Origin: Laetmonice hystrix
Taxonomy: Eukaryota
Reading direction: 5' to 3'
Length of the DNA stretch: 64,000 bases
Assembly (NCBI GenBank): GCA_965235115.1
Contig: OZ249436.1
Coordinates: 17,982,001-18,046,000 of the forward strand
Both the position numbers and the translations under genes were made by a program. Shown here one piece after another: positions 1 to 11,325 of the stretch; the stretch's first letter is position 1, and each line of letters starts with the position of its first letter. Below the pieces are notes generated by a model. It ran no database searches, was not told the origin of the DNA, and worked only from the letters and a program-made list of their open reading frames with translations.

Positions 1-1684
1 TAAGTTCATGATACCACGAGACGGCCGAGTATTCTGCAGGGGGAACAGTTGTTCCCAGTTAGTTATGAGTTTAAATTAGCAAACATGATCATCTCATTTC
101 GAAACCGGAGCACATCGGGGTTCGTGCAGCTGATAAGGCACAAATGGCCTGGACAAAAAATAATTAGTAACCAGATTATATCATCAATTATTCATTTTAA
201 TCATCCCAACATGGAATATGCCCCCATTCACACGCACCTCGTATTTTTTCGCTTACTTAAGATTTGTTTTGAAATGGAGCACTGAATGCAATGTTAGCAA
301 TGGCGGTTAACTAAACCATTACCGAATCTTCATGGACAGATGTTCTAGTTTACAAAGGAGGTGCTCAATTCCCGGTCACAGTTCGCCTTCCTACTATTTC
401 TATCTTTGCTATATAGGTATCCACCTTATAAATCAAATAGAACATGACCATAAATATATATCATTATTATTATTATTTGCTCTGCCTGTATCTTAGAGAC
501 ATATTCTCTTGTAAATAACACTAGATTATAACAGAGTCTTGAACTGACAATCTAGTCGATGTAATTTTTTTGGTGAGTTCCAAAGCTAGGACAAGTGTTT
601 GTGTGAGTTGGTCGTGTCATCAATGAGTAAATCCATCAATAAAGAAAGGCCATCATCAAGACAATTGATGCCAACACGGATGAATCCTGTGGGGCTCCGT
701 CCATCTCTATGTCCTTAATATGACACGATTGTCCTTGACAGCGACCTTAATCCTGTATAAAAACCATTCCGTCAGACCATCTAAATGACCATAATTATTC
801 AAGATCCCTAATTAATGAGCATTGCGCATGCCTTTGATAATTTAACATCCGCCCGTTTTGTCCAAACCAGTCACCTAAGGAATTCATTCGCCGCAGTTTA
901 GAATAATGAATTTCATAAAATCAATTTACCTCCTAAAAATGCGCGTCACCTTTTGAGCAGGATCTGTGTGCCAGTGGTGTGTTAACATCGGGAATTCAGG
1001 TGTGAACGACACCTACACGTGTGCAAACAAAATTGGCAAATTGATGACTAAGGACGGGCTGTGACGGCGCTGGTCGTGCTGGCAGGCAGGCCATGTACTC
1101 CATCATTGTTAGCAGGCTGGCTGCATTTTAACCGCCACGTCAAACCAACCGGCCTTCTGAAAGCCGGAGACACCAAGAATATAGGATCCTCTTCGAACAA
1201 AAAGTTTCAAAAAGAGACAGGAATCTGGATTTTTACAAATTTGTCGCATATTCATTTTTATGACACTTAATGCTGAACATATACTTTAATGTTTGAACGT
1301 ACAGTTAAAACAAAAGATTCCGAACCAAGCCGTTAATCTTCGCACATCGGACAGGAAAGTTGAAAAAATGGACCCCCTTTAACAGTTGTTGTAACTGGCA
1401 CCAGCAACAGTTCCATATCAATTATCACAGGGGGGGGGGGGTGGCGGATCCAGGGCTCCGCCGCCAGCACCCCCTGGCGTCATTTTCATCTCTTGGAGCT
1501 TTCTGAACTGAAGAAATTTGACCCTCTTTTGCCCGTTTCCCCCTTTGGCCCTCACCCCGCTTCCCCCAATCATAGACCTGCCATCACCTCGATAGCTTGA
1601 CACCAAGTCTGTGTCTCATGGTGACCTCCAGGATGACCCCTCAACTATCTCTGAATCCGTGGGTAATGACACCTCGCACCTGTT

Positions 1685-1920
1685 GACTGACTGAGTGAGT
1701 ATATTTAGGGTTAGGCAGTATTTCAGCCATCATTCAGGACGAAATAAAACGTTTTAAAAACCTTCAGAGTCATGCTCGGGACCTATTTTGCACTCGATCC
1801 CAAAGGAGTGATGATGAAGATGAAGTTAAAAAGACATATGATACAAGGAGAACCGCCTACTTGAAAAATGGCAATGGTTCTTTTATATACCCAGCCGTAG
1901 AGATCCGGCTGGACATCGCC
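1685..1920 (-). mobile_element. Probable SINE remnant (3' tail and central part)
   Basis: Minus strand reads ...gggtatataaaagaaccattgcc...gatggctgaaatactgcctaaccctaaatatactcactcagtcagtc. This resembles invertebrate tRNA-SINE 3' ends with a (CACT/CAGT)n tail. No tRNA head seen; the resemblance is from memory. Confidence 0.35.
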
Positions 1921-2683
1921 TGGAGGAGGGAATCAGTCACGGTGGAAACCTTTTAATTCGTTACAGACCTCACGCTTGGCTGTGTCTCTCCTCCTCCTCC
2001 TTCTCCTTGTTATAATCTCAGCGATCCTCCGGCGATTTCCACGACCAACGTATGCAGCAGGTAATTTTACCCCAGTATTTATTATCCTCTGTTTCATAGA
2101 ACGAAGAGTTTCACAGCAAACCAGTAGACAATGCCATTAGATCATCTTTCTAATTAAGAACATTAAAACTGAAGTAATTCTATTAAACTGACACTCGCCT
2201 GAAGCTAGCAGTAAATACATTCCACACTCAACCAAGGCGAGGCACGCTATAACAATAACGTCACGGCCGGCACGGCTCCATTAACTCTACCATAATTGGT
2301 GCCAACCACTTCCAACGGATCCCAGGTCAAAGGTCACTGGTTGCCTGACAGTGCTAGGTCATCAGCCTGAACGTATTTGTCCAGTTTCAGGGGAGCAGAA
2401 ACAATTAAATGTTTTTGTTCCCCTCGGCTCATTCTGTTTGATTCGTAAATTGGTGGCAAATGTTAAGTGGAGAGGTAAACAGGGAAACAAATATTAAAAA
2501 ATGAGAAACAAATGTAACAGAGAAACAATTGAAATGTGACGTTATGGGGGAAACAGGAAACGACATGTCAAGTCAAGTACGCATGATCTTCCTATTCCAA
2601 CAAATTATCATTGAAAATGTCTTGAAATATTCCACTATCAGTGATGTTTTAGGCTGATCAATAACCGATCAGTTATTGGTTGA

Positions 2684-3253
2684 AGGCTGACCAGTTAGTG
2701 GTTGTAGGCTGACCAGTTAGTGGTTGTAGGCTGACCAGTTAGTGGTTGTAGGCTGACCAGTTAGTGGTTGTAGGCTGATCAGTTAGTGGTTGTAGGCTGA
2801 CCAGTTAGTGGTTGTAGGCTGACCAGTTAGTGGTTGTAGGCTGACCAGTTAGTGGTTGTAGGCTGACCAGTTAGTGGTTGTAGGCTAATCAGTTAGTGGT
2901 TGTAGGCTAATCAGTTAGTGGTTGTAGGTTGATCAGTTAGTGGTTGTAGGTTAATCAGTTAGTGGTTGTAGGTTGATCAGTTAGTGGTTATAGGTTGACC
3001 AGTTAGTGGTTGTAGGCTGACCAGTTAGTGGTTGTAGGCTGACCAGTTAGTGGTTGTAGGCTGACCAGTTAGTGGTTGTAGGTTGACCAGTTAGTGGTTG
3101 TAGGCTGACCAGTTAGTGGTTGTAGGTTGATCAGTTAGTGGTTGTAGGCTGACCAGTTAGTGGTTGTAGGCTGATCAGTTAGTGGTTGTAGGCTGATCAG
3201 TTAGTGGTTGTAGGCTGACCAGTTAGTGGTTGTAGGCTGATCAGTTAGTGGTT
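2684..3253. repeat. Minisatellite, 22-bp unit GGCTGACCAGTTAGTGGTTGTA, ~26 copies
   Basis: Direct tandem repetition, with degenerate copies at 2651-2683. Confidence 0.97.
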
Positions 3254-3784
3254 CACCCCTCAACCCCCGACCGCCCTCACCACCCTCACCCCACGCATGT
3301 CGTTAACCACTCAACGATACTCGAATTGCGTGCGTTACTCTGCGCTGCGCGTTCCCCCTGCGTTCATTAAATTTTACTCGTATAATTTGTTGTTGTTCTC
3401 TGACTAATAGAACATGACAGCTTCAACCCTAACAGAACGGCCCGCTGTCTGCAGCCCACCATTCATTATGTATGCAACCTGGGCCTTTTGTTCCATCTTT
3501 GTTATCCAGAGCTTTATCGTGGTGTCGAGCAGGTTATCATTTATCGTTATAGTAGGTTACGTTTTACTTTCATGTAGAGCAGTATAGGTTATTTTATCGT
3601 TATTCACGGCAGGTTGTCTTGTATCGTTAAGATTTAACGAGTTATTTTATCGTTCGGAATGGCGGGAGGTCTTTTATCGTTAGAGTTTAACGGGTAGGCC
3701 TATGGGTTATTTTATCGTTAGGAATGGCGGGCGGTCTTTAAAAGAAACGTCCACCGCCAGTATGTACAGGCTAGGCACACAGGC

Positions 3785-4068
3785 CGTGATGTTCTAAGCA
3801 ATTTAAAAAAGATTTGAACACAATTGGTGCTTAAATAGTTAAGATATAAGCACTTTAGTGCCGGAGCCTGCTTAGAGCCTGCTCCGCTGGTGTTGGCCGC
3901 CATAGCGTCTGCTCCTTGGGCTAATCTCAAACTGCGCATGTCCGACCACTGCTCTCCAGTTTGGGAGGAACGAAAAACTGACGCACCTGTTGCGTTGAGC
4001 GATTCGAAAGGTAGCGAATGTTGACAGCTTATACTAAGTTATAAGCAAAATTTGTTAGAACATAGACG
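3785..4068. mobile_element. Degenerate MITE with imperfect TIRs
   Basis: Left end cgtgatgttctaagcaattt vs reverse complement of right end cgtctatgttctaacaaattt. Subterminal gcttaaatagttaagatataagc mirrors gcttatactaagttataagc. No clear TSD. Confidence 0.5.
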
Positions 4069-4407
4069 AAAACCATCGATCATAGTGATGAGGAATGGCT
4101 AGGAATTAAGCCTACCGATGTCAGGGGATATATCAGGGTGGACACGGATCTGGGCAGCCGTGGGTTTCGGCTGCCTGCATTCAATTCGTCCCGCTCGGAG
4201 GTGTGATGTTGACGGAGCTCAGCCCCGTCTGGCCCCGGCGCCCCACTTGCAGGCACTGGCATGCAGTGTCAGACTCCTGTGGTCAGCACAGACCTGTTAC
4301 GTTTAGTTGTGACTGTGACTGTGACTGACCCCCGTCGATTTGCCCACCCGCCTCGGCCGTCTTTAGCCTAGTCTAGCCTAGCCCCGGCATGCAATAGATG
4401 GGCACAG

Positions 4408-4540
4408 GGACGTCACTTCCGTTTCGGCCAGCCCCACAAATGGCTGCGTCGCTGAAGCCAGTGATTTTGACACGGTTGTCATGTTCAACATATGACTTCT
4501 TGGAATGGGGGTGGGGGGCTTTTACTTCTGAAAGGTGAGT
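4408..4540 (+). promoter_or_regulatory. Candidate promoter and first exon (CRE/ETS composite, YY1-like ATG, splice donor)
   Basis: gacgtcacttccg at ~4409, aaATGGCtgc with ATG at 4440, open frame MAASLKPVILTRLSCSTYDFLEWGWGAFTSE, then AAG|GTGAGT at 4534/4535. Confidence 0.3.
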
Positions 4541-5564
4541 ATATATAGAGGCCTTGCAGCTGTCCAAATGTGATTTTTGACTGGACTTTCCCTTTAATCG
4601 TTATGATTTAGCAGGGTGTGGGTTATTTTATCATTATCAACGGGTCCCAGGCGATTTTTTTATCTTCATTTCGCTCAGATCCATATGGATTTTTTTGCAC
4701 CGTGAATTATTTTACCGTTATTTGGCGTAGGTATGGGGTTTTTTTTTCTCGTTGTGTATATAGCAGGTTTGACATCAAGTATGATCTTGAAGTAAAGTCT
4801 CCTTCATCGCCATGTTCCAGAGAAAGTCAGACTGTAAAGAATGCACACAATTATATTCCATGCTAAAAGAATTGTTATTGGTCATTATATAATTATCATT
4901 ACAATGACGACGTACACAAGTTGTAATTTGAAATCAGATATTATAACATATTCCCGATCGTCTACCACTCTGGTTTGTTACCGAGACGTGTCTGTCACGT
5001 TTTATACCTTACTGACGTGAGCCACGACACACTGACGACGGTGGGATAATAAACCGTTCCGAGATACGTACATATGAGACGTAATCTGTAATAGGATTAC
5101 TGAAATCTGACACTCGGAGAACTGTCGGGCTTTTTTCACATTCCTTTAATTGCATTGCCACACCTGGCCAGATGTTCCGCCTTCCTTCAAGTGTTCTGTC
5201 ACTTGTTTGGCTGACACTGAGAGGCCTTTATCCCAGTAATTGACCAGGATAATATTCGATCATTTACAGTACATTAAACAACAATTAAAACTCTTCATTT
5301 GAAACCAACCATTAGCCTGACAGCCCACACAGGACACTGATGCGCTAAGACAAGCATATACAATTCTCTAGCCGTTATTTTTTAATTCTATAATAACATG
5401 TAAATTAATGATACATGATATGTAAACGGCACTAATTGTACAAATGTTGGCAATTGGTGTCAAGGACGAGGAGCTCACGAAGCAAGTGCCATGTAATATG
5501 TCTAATAAACCACCGTGCAAGTCAAAGTGTCCGCATAAATTATACCTATATTTCATAACTACCC

Positions 5565-5695
5565 AAAAATTCATTTTGACAGATAAAGCTGCCCACGAAA
5601 TCACTCCTACATTGTAAAACTGACTACAAATTCATTATGACAGATAAAGGTGCCACAAAATCCCCCCTACATTTTAAAAGTGACTACAAATTCGT
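5565..5695. repeat. Diverged ~61-bp tandem duplication
   Basis: gacagataaag..gcc.c..aaatc.c.cctacatt.taaaa.tgactacaaattc occurs twice. Confidence 0.75.
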
Positions 5696-6215
5696 CCTAA
5701 CATCCATAGCTGTTGACACAACCATTCGTATAGTACATTTATCTGATTTGTTACTTTTAAAGGTTTTAATACAGACTACAGACTGCCTGAAAAACACACG
5801 TGGAACGCACATGAGCGAGTGTGACCGATCGTTAGATATTATAGTAGACTATAGTTATACCGTTATGTCAAAGTCCGAAATTACTTCAATTAAAACACCA
5901 GGTAAAGGGGTGTTCACATAATCAACCCTTTAGCTCTAATCAATGTGGATGCGTCCCACAATCTCTAGTTCTACTGTTAAGGTGAATGAGAATGTCTAAG
6001 CAGTCATTCTCAGGTAATGTTGGAACCCCCGCTGGGATGTGGCATTGTGGCGTGTCGAGTTGATCTTTTGTCATGATGAATCAGACTTTGAATCATCAAT
6101 TGATGAATGTTAGGTGATCAATGTCAAGTCAACATCTGAGGTCATGTTGTGGCGTGAACACGCGAGTATTATCACGTGATCAACCTTGAGATAATGAGGT
6201 CAAGGGGTACATCTG

Positions 6216-6473
6216 CAGTGGCGTATCCAGGGGGGTTCCAAATATCCCAGAAGCGCCCCCCCCCGTTTAAAAAGGACATTTTTGTAAAACACGGATGTAA
6301 AAAGTGAATTTTTTAAAGGCAATCTTTATATTTCAAAACAAGATGTCCCGAGATTGCATTATTTGATGTCTGCCCCCCCCCCCCCCCGAGGAGCATGCCC
6401 TATGGCCATCTCTGAAGTACCTAAACTTCGGCGCCCCCCCCCCCCCCTTAACTAAATTCTGGATACGCCACTG
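6216..6473. mobile_element. hAT-like MITE with perfect 15-bp TIR CAGTGGCGTATCCAG
   Basis: cagtggcgtatccag at 6216 and ctggatacgccactg ending at 6473; internal poly-C runs. No perfect 8-bp TSD (only atct shared). Confidence 0.85.
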
Positions 6474-6550
6474 ATCTCCTCTGGCAACATATCCATGAAA
6501 TCTTGTAGTAATAACTGAAATTCTATCAATATTCCGGGCCCCAAACCAAG

Positions 6551-7577
6551 CCCTAACCTCTAGTCTCGGTCTCTAGGTCTCCCTCAACCCCTAACCTCTA
6601 GTCTCGGTCTCTGGGTCTCCCTCAACCCCTATCCTCTAGTCTCGGTCTCTAGGTCTCCCTCAACCCCTAACCTCTAGTCTCGGTCTCTAGGTCTCCCTCA
6701 ACCCCTATCCTCTAGTCTCGGTCTCTAGGTCTCCCTCAACCCCTAACCTCTAGTCTCGGTCTCTAGGTCTCCCTCAACCCCTATCCTCTAGTCTCGGTCT
6801 CTAGGTCTCCCTCAACCCCTATCCTCTAGTCTCGGTCTCTAGGTCTCCCTCAACCCCTATCCTCTAGTCTCGGTCTCTAGGTCTCCCTCAACCCCTATCC
6901 TCTAGTCTCGGTCTCTAGGTCTCCCTCAACCCCTATCCTCTAGTCTCGGTCTCTAGGTCTCCCTCAACCCCTATCCTCTAGTCTCGGTCTCTAGGTCTCC
7001 CTCAACCCCTATCCTCTAGTCTCGGTCTCTAGGTCTCCCTCAACCCCTAACCTCTAGTCTCGGTCTCTAGGTCTCCCTCAACCCCTAACCTCTAGTCTCG
7101 GTCTCTAGGTCTCCCTCAACCCCTATCCTCTAGTCTCGGTCTCTAGGTCTCCCTCAACCCCTAACCTCTAGTCTCGGTCTCTAGGTCTCCCTCAACCCCT
7201 AACCTCTAGTCTCGGTCTTTAGGTCTCCCTCAACCCCTATCCTCTAGTCTCGGTCTCTAGGTCTCCCTCAACCCCTAACCTCTAGTCTCGGTCTCTAGGT
7301 CTCCCTCAACCCCTATCCTCTAGTCTCGGTCTCTAGGTCTCCCTCAACCCCTAACCTCTAGTCTCGGTCTCTAGGTCTCCCTCAACCCCTATCCTCTAGT
7401 CTCGGTCTCTAGGTCTCCCTCAACCCCTACCCTCTAGTCTCGGTCTCTAGGTCTCCCTCAACCCCTAACCTCTAGTCTCGGTCTCTAGGTCTCCCTCAAC
7501 CCCTAACCTCTAGTCTCGGTCTCTAGGTCTCCCTCAACCCCTACCCTCTAGTCTCGGTCTCTAGGTCTCCCTCAACC
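6551..7577. repeat. Minisatellite, 38-bp unit CCCTA(A/T)CCTCTAGTCTCGGTCTCTAGGTCTCCCTCAAC, ~27 copies
   Basis: Very homogeneous tandem array with essentially one variable position. Confidence 0.98.
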
Positions 7578-8159
7578 TGCGGATAAAGGACCTAATGTGT
7601 TTGAAAATTAGTGATATTTCAGTTTAGATGTGTGGTCAATAAGTTACAGATTGTTCTGTGCCATTTGATGATTCCCAGGGAGAGTTTGTCATTGATACAG
7701 AATCCACCATGTCTGGGTGTGAACGAGGCACATCGTTACTGTATAATCTTAGACCAACCAATGCCACCCGGCTCAGGCTGAGTCGTCACAGCCTGGAGAT
7801 ACAGCACTTCCTCCACGGTCTCCAGTACGACCCTCATTGAGCCCAGGATCGTTCTCTGGGTATTCCCGATACTTTGATCTTGTCTTGTCATCGCAATCTC
7901 ATTCCACCTTTTTACACAGCATAGATTACGTCTTCTGACACCAATAAAGTCTTCCCCCCTTGCCCCCTGCCCCACGCCCCACGCCCCCTCTCCGTTCCCT
8001 GTATCGATATGGAGTCTTTGTTCCAGGAGGGGCCGAGTTACGATCAGAGGCCCGGGAGTCGACTGGCGGAGACTGGTGTCATGTCGCCAGCCACCGTCAT
8101 TCCATTCTCAGACAGCCCTGTGGGTGTGACTACCATCCTGGATCTCGACTCTTTTTCTA

Positions 8160-8520
8160 CCCCTTCCCCATCGTCCTCATCCTCTTCCTGTCCCCTCCTT
8201 CTCCTTATGGTCCTCCTCCTGTCCCTTCCCTCCTCCTTCTTCTTATGCTCCTCCTCCCCTCCCTTCCTCCTCCTTCTCCTTATGGTCATCCTCCTGTCCC
8301 TTCCATCCTCCTCCTTCTCCTTATGCTCGTCCTCCCCCTCCCTTCCTCCTTCTCCTTATGGTCCTCCTCCTGTCCCTTCCCTCCTCCTCCTCCTTAATTA
8401 TGCTCGCCCTCCTGCCCCCTCCCTTATTCCTCCTCCTCCCCTCCTCCTCCTCCTCTCCCTCCCCTGTTCCTCTTCCTTCTCCTGCCCCCTCCACCCCCAC
8501 TTCTCTTCCTCCCTCCTTTA
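8160..8520. repeat. Pyrimidine-rich low-complexity tract with ~75-bp internal repeats
   Basis: ctccttctccttatggtcctcctcctgtcccttcc recurs three times; source of the Pro/Ser/Leu ORFs. Confidence 0.85.
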
Positions 8521-8864
8521 GTCCCTTCGATCTGGAAACAAAATGTGCCAACATTTTCTGGAATCAAAAGTAGACTATATTAACTGAGACCTTTCCTAGC
8601 ATCAAAGCTACAGTCCCTAATTACTTCTTTCTAGTGGATGTCCATTCCCTGGAGAGAAGACTTACCATATCGGCCTCTATTCTCAACCAAACCATTTGTC
8701 TTCTAGCATAGCCGTAGCTTAAGTCATTCCTCAACAACAAAAACAAGAAAAAGTAAGAGAACTACTCGGCAGCCTGGATAAAAAGAAAATGAAAGATGGT
8801 GCTATATGTCGAAATAGCAATTCCGTATACCATCGTGATTGTTCAGTTTTTAATATCGCCAACT

Positions 8865-9385
8865 ACCTGACAATACCAACCGCCATCTGACAATACCGAC
8901 CGTCACCTGACAATACCAACCACTGTCTGATAATACCAGCCACTGTCTGACAATACCAACTGCCACCTAACAATACCAACCACCGCCTGACAATACCAAC
9001 CGCCACCTGACAATACCAACCACTGTCTGACAATACCAACCACCGTCTGACCATACCAATCGCCACCTAACAATACCAACCACCGCCTGACAATACCAAC
9101 CGCCACCTGACAATACCACTGTCTAACAATACCAACCGCCACCTGACAATACCAACCACTATCTGAAAATACCAACAGCCACCTAACAATACCAACCACT
9201 ATCTCACCATACCAACTACCACCTGACAATACCAACCGCCACCTGACAATACCAACCACTATCTGACAATACCAACAGCCACCTAACAATACCAACCACT
9301 ATCTGACCATACCAACTACCACCTGACAATACCAACAGCCACCTAACAATACCAACCACTATCTGACCATACCAACTACCACCTG
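8865..9385. repeat. Diverged minisatellite, 20-bp unit CTGACAATACCAACCGCCAC, ~26 copies
   Basis: 20-bp periodicity (e.g. ctga at 8887 and 8907). Confidence 0.95.
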
Positions 9386-10424
9386 TTTGCCAACATGTAA
9401 TTATATATGTAAGTTGTGACGGTCAACATCCACTTCCGGTCTGACTGTCGTCACGATACACGGGTGTGATCCGCATGAGCGTCTCAAATTACGCTGGGTG
9501 GGCGGTAAGTTACTCTGCCCGCAGTGGGGCTTTGAACCCCCCAACCCCAACCCAACCCCAACCCACACACACACACACACACACAGTATAGCCTAGGCAC
9601 GTTAAAAAAAAGTTAAAAAATAGTAATCATGTCCAATCTGAAAATAACTGTGGAATAAAAAAAATCCAATTAAACCCCCGACCCTTGATAGATCCACAGC
9701 CCAAGCCTCAAAGGACTTTCCTATCCCCATGTTAGAAGCCCCCTAATATTGACAAATTGATTTCATTAGCAGCCACTGTCTGGTCTGGGCGGCGTTTTAA
9801 GACTTGAGTACTTATTGCATGGGCCAGAGAAAACTAATGCTATAGGTGTGCTGAAAATAGCCGACTTCTGCATGCATTTCATGTATATTTAAAAAACTGC
9901 ACCGTTCTGCCAGGTGGTCGGGATTGTTTGCCTGAAAGGTTAACATGAAAAGTAACACATGGCTGAAGTAGTTTACTTTCTGCTCCTTGTTTGAAGACTG
10001 CACACGGCCCCGTGAAACGTCTGAAAACGACCCTCCTCATCACCATGACAACCTGTACGAGTGTCGACCGTCTCCATGCTCGTCGTCCACAGCGGTGGAG
10101 TTGCCATGGTGAGCTGTCGGCTCCCACACCCTCTAATCACCCCAGGTGTGGACCTCACCCACCCACCCCGACCCATCCCCAATCCCTGCCCTCTCACCGC
10201 AGCACTGCCCGCCGCCCTGTAAGCAGCTTAAGCCCGGATCAATTTGGCCCCGTGCCAGACCAGCTGACATCTTTTCATGTTACCATTACCACCCCATGAC
10301 ACCACCGACGGCTGAGGTGGTGGGTGGCGGTGGTGGTGTGGTGGTGGTGCCACGCGCCACCAAATACCTCAACACAACACCTGCCCCGCCCCTCCTCGAA
10401 CAGTGGGGGCAGGGCGGACACCCA

Positions 10425-10765
10425 GACCTCATGAGGACCCCATGGTCCTTATGAGGATCGTGTTTCTTAAAAGGTTTTTATGGAGTCTCTGCGATCCTTG
10501 GCATGTCACTATGTTCTTTGTTAGGTATGGATGCTCCTTGTCAAGCCATCAATTTCCTTATGAGGTCTTTATGAGGTCCCTGGAATCCATATGAGGTATC
10601 ATGGTCTTTATGAGGGGTTCAATGCTCCTTTTAAGGTCCAATGTTCTTTGTGAGGTCCCATGGTATATATGAGGTCCCAATGCTTTTCATGGGGTCCCAA
10701 TGCTCCTTATGAGGCCCAGTGGTCTTCGTGAGGTCTCGTGGACTTTATGAGGTTTCATGGCCCGT
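10425..10765. repeat. Highly decayed tandem repeat (core TTATGAGGTCCCATGGTC)
   Basis: Recurrent tatgaggtccc/atgaggtctt variants about every 20 bp. Confidence 0.65.
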
Positions 10766-11325
10766 ATGGGGTTGTCACGGTTTTCACACGGCTCCCAGGA
10801 ATTGTCGTGAGGCTGAGATCCTGCCGGAGCAGATGCTCGATCAATGTGCTCCAATTCTTGCCGTTAACCCTTTCCCATGTTTTTATACATTTCCAAAGGA
10901 TGCCACTTGACATGCTATTGAGGTCACCCCAGTCGGGGCGACAACTCAATTTGTATCCCATTGTTTTCTTACATGTTAAACCTAATTGCGCTCCACTTGC
11001 GGCCGCTGGCGGGGCCGTGGGCGCCTGCCTCCATTGATTCCTGCCGCCTCGTCAGTGGCGGCGCTGATGGTCTCAGACAACTCGGAATAGGACCACCCCA
11101 CCAAATGGGCCCATGCCGGTGTATGGAGCCATCCCACCAAATGGGCCCGACCCATCAAATGGGCCCACTGACCCCATCTGGGCCCGTCGAGGAGATGCCC
11201 CGGGAAGGCAAGTGGTTGGGGAAATATCGACCGTCTTCCCCACCGACCTGAGAATTAGGAGACATGGTGGTTCACCCGCGCTCTGAAACAGCTGTTCTTG
11301 TCAGATTGAGTCCTTATTTTGATAC

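Noticed and set aside
330..770. tRNA gene or SINE
   Set aside because: Only a weak B-box-like and tail-like similarity; no cloverleaf.
7960..8573. Pro/Ser/Leu-rich ORFs
   Set aside because: Low-complexity CT tract open in most frames.
9977..10135. Possible plus-strand exon (aag|...ATG|GTGAGC)
   Set aside because: Splice signals are modest, the peptide is unrecognisable, and nothing else supports it.
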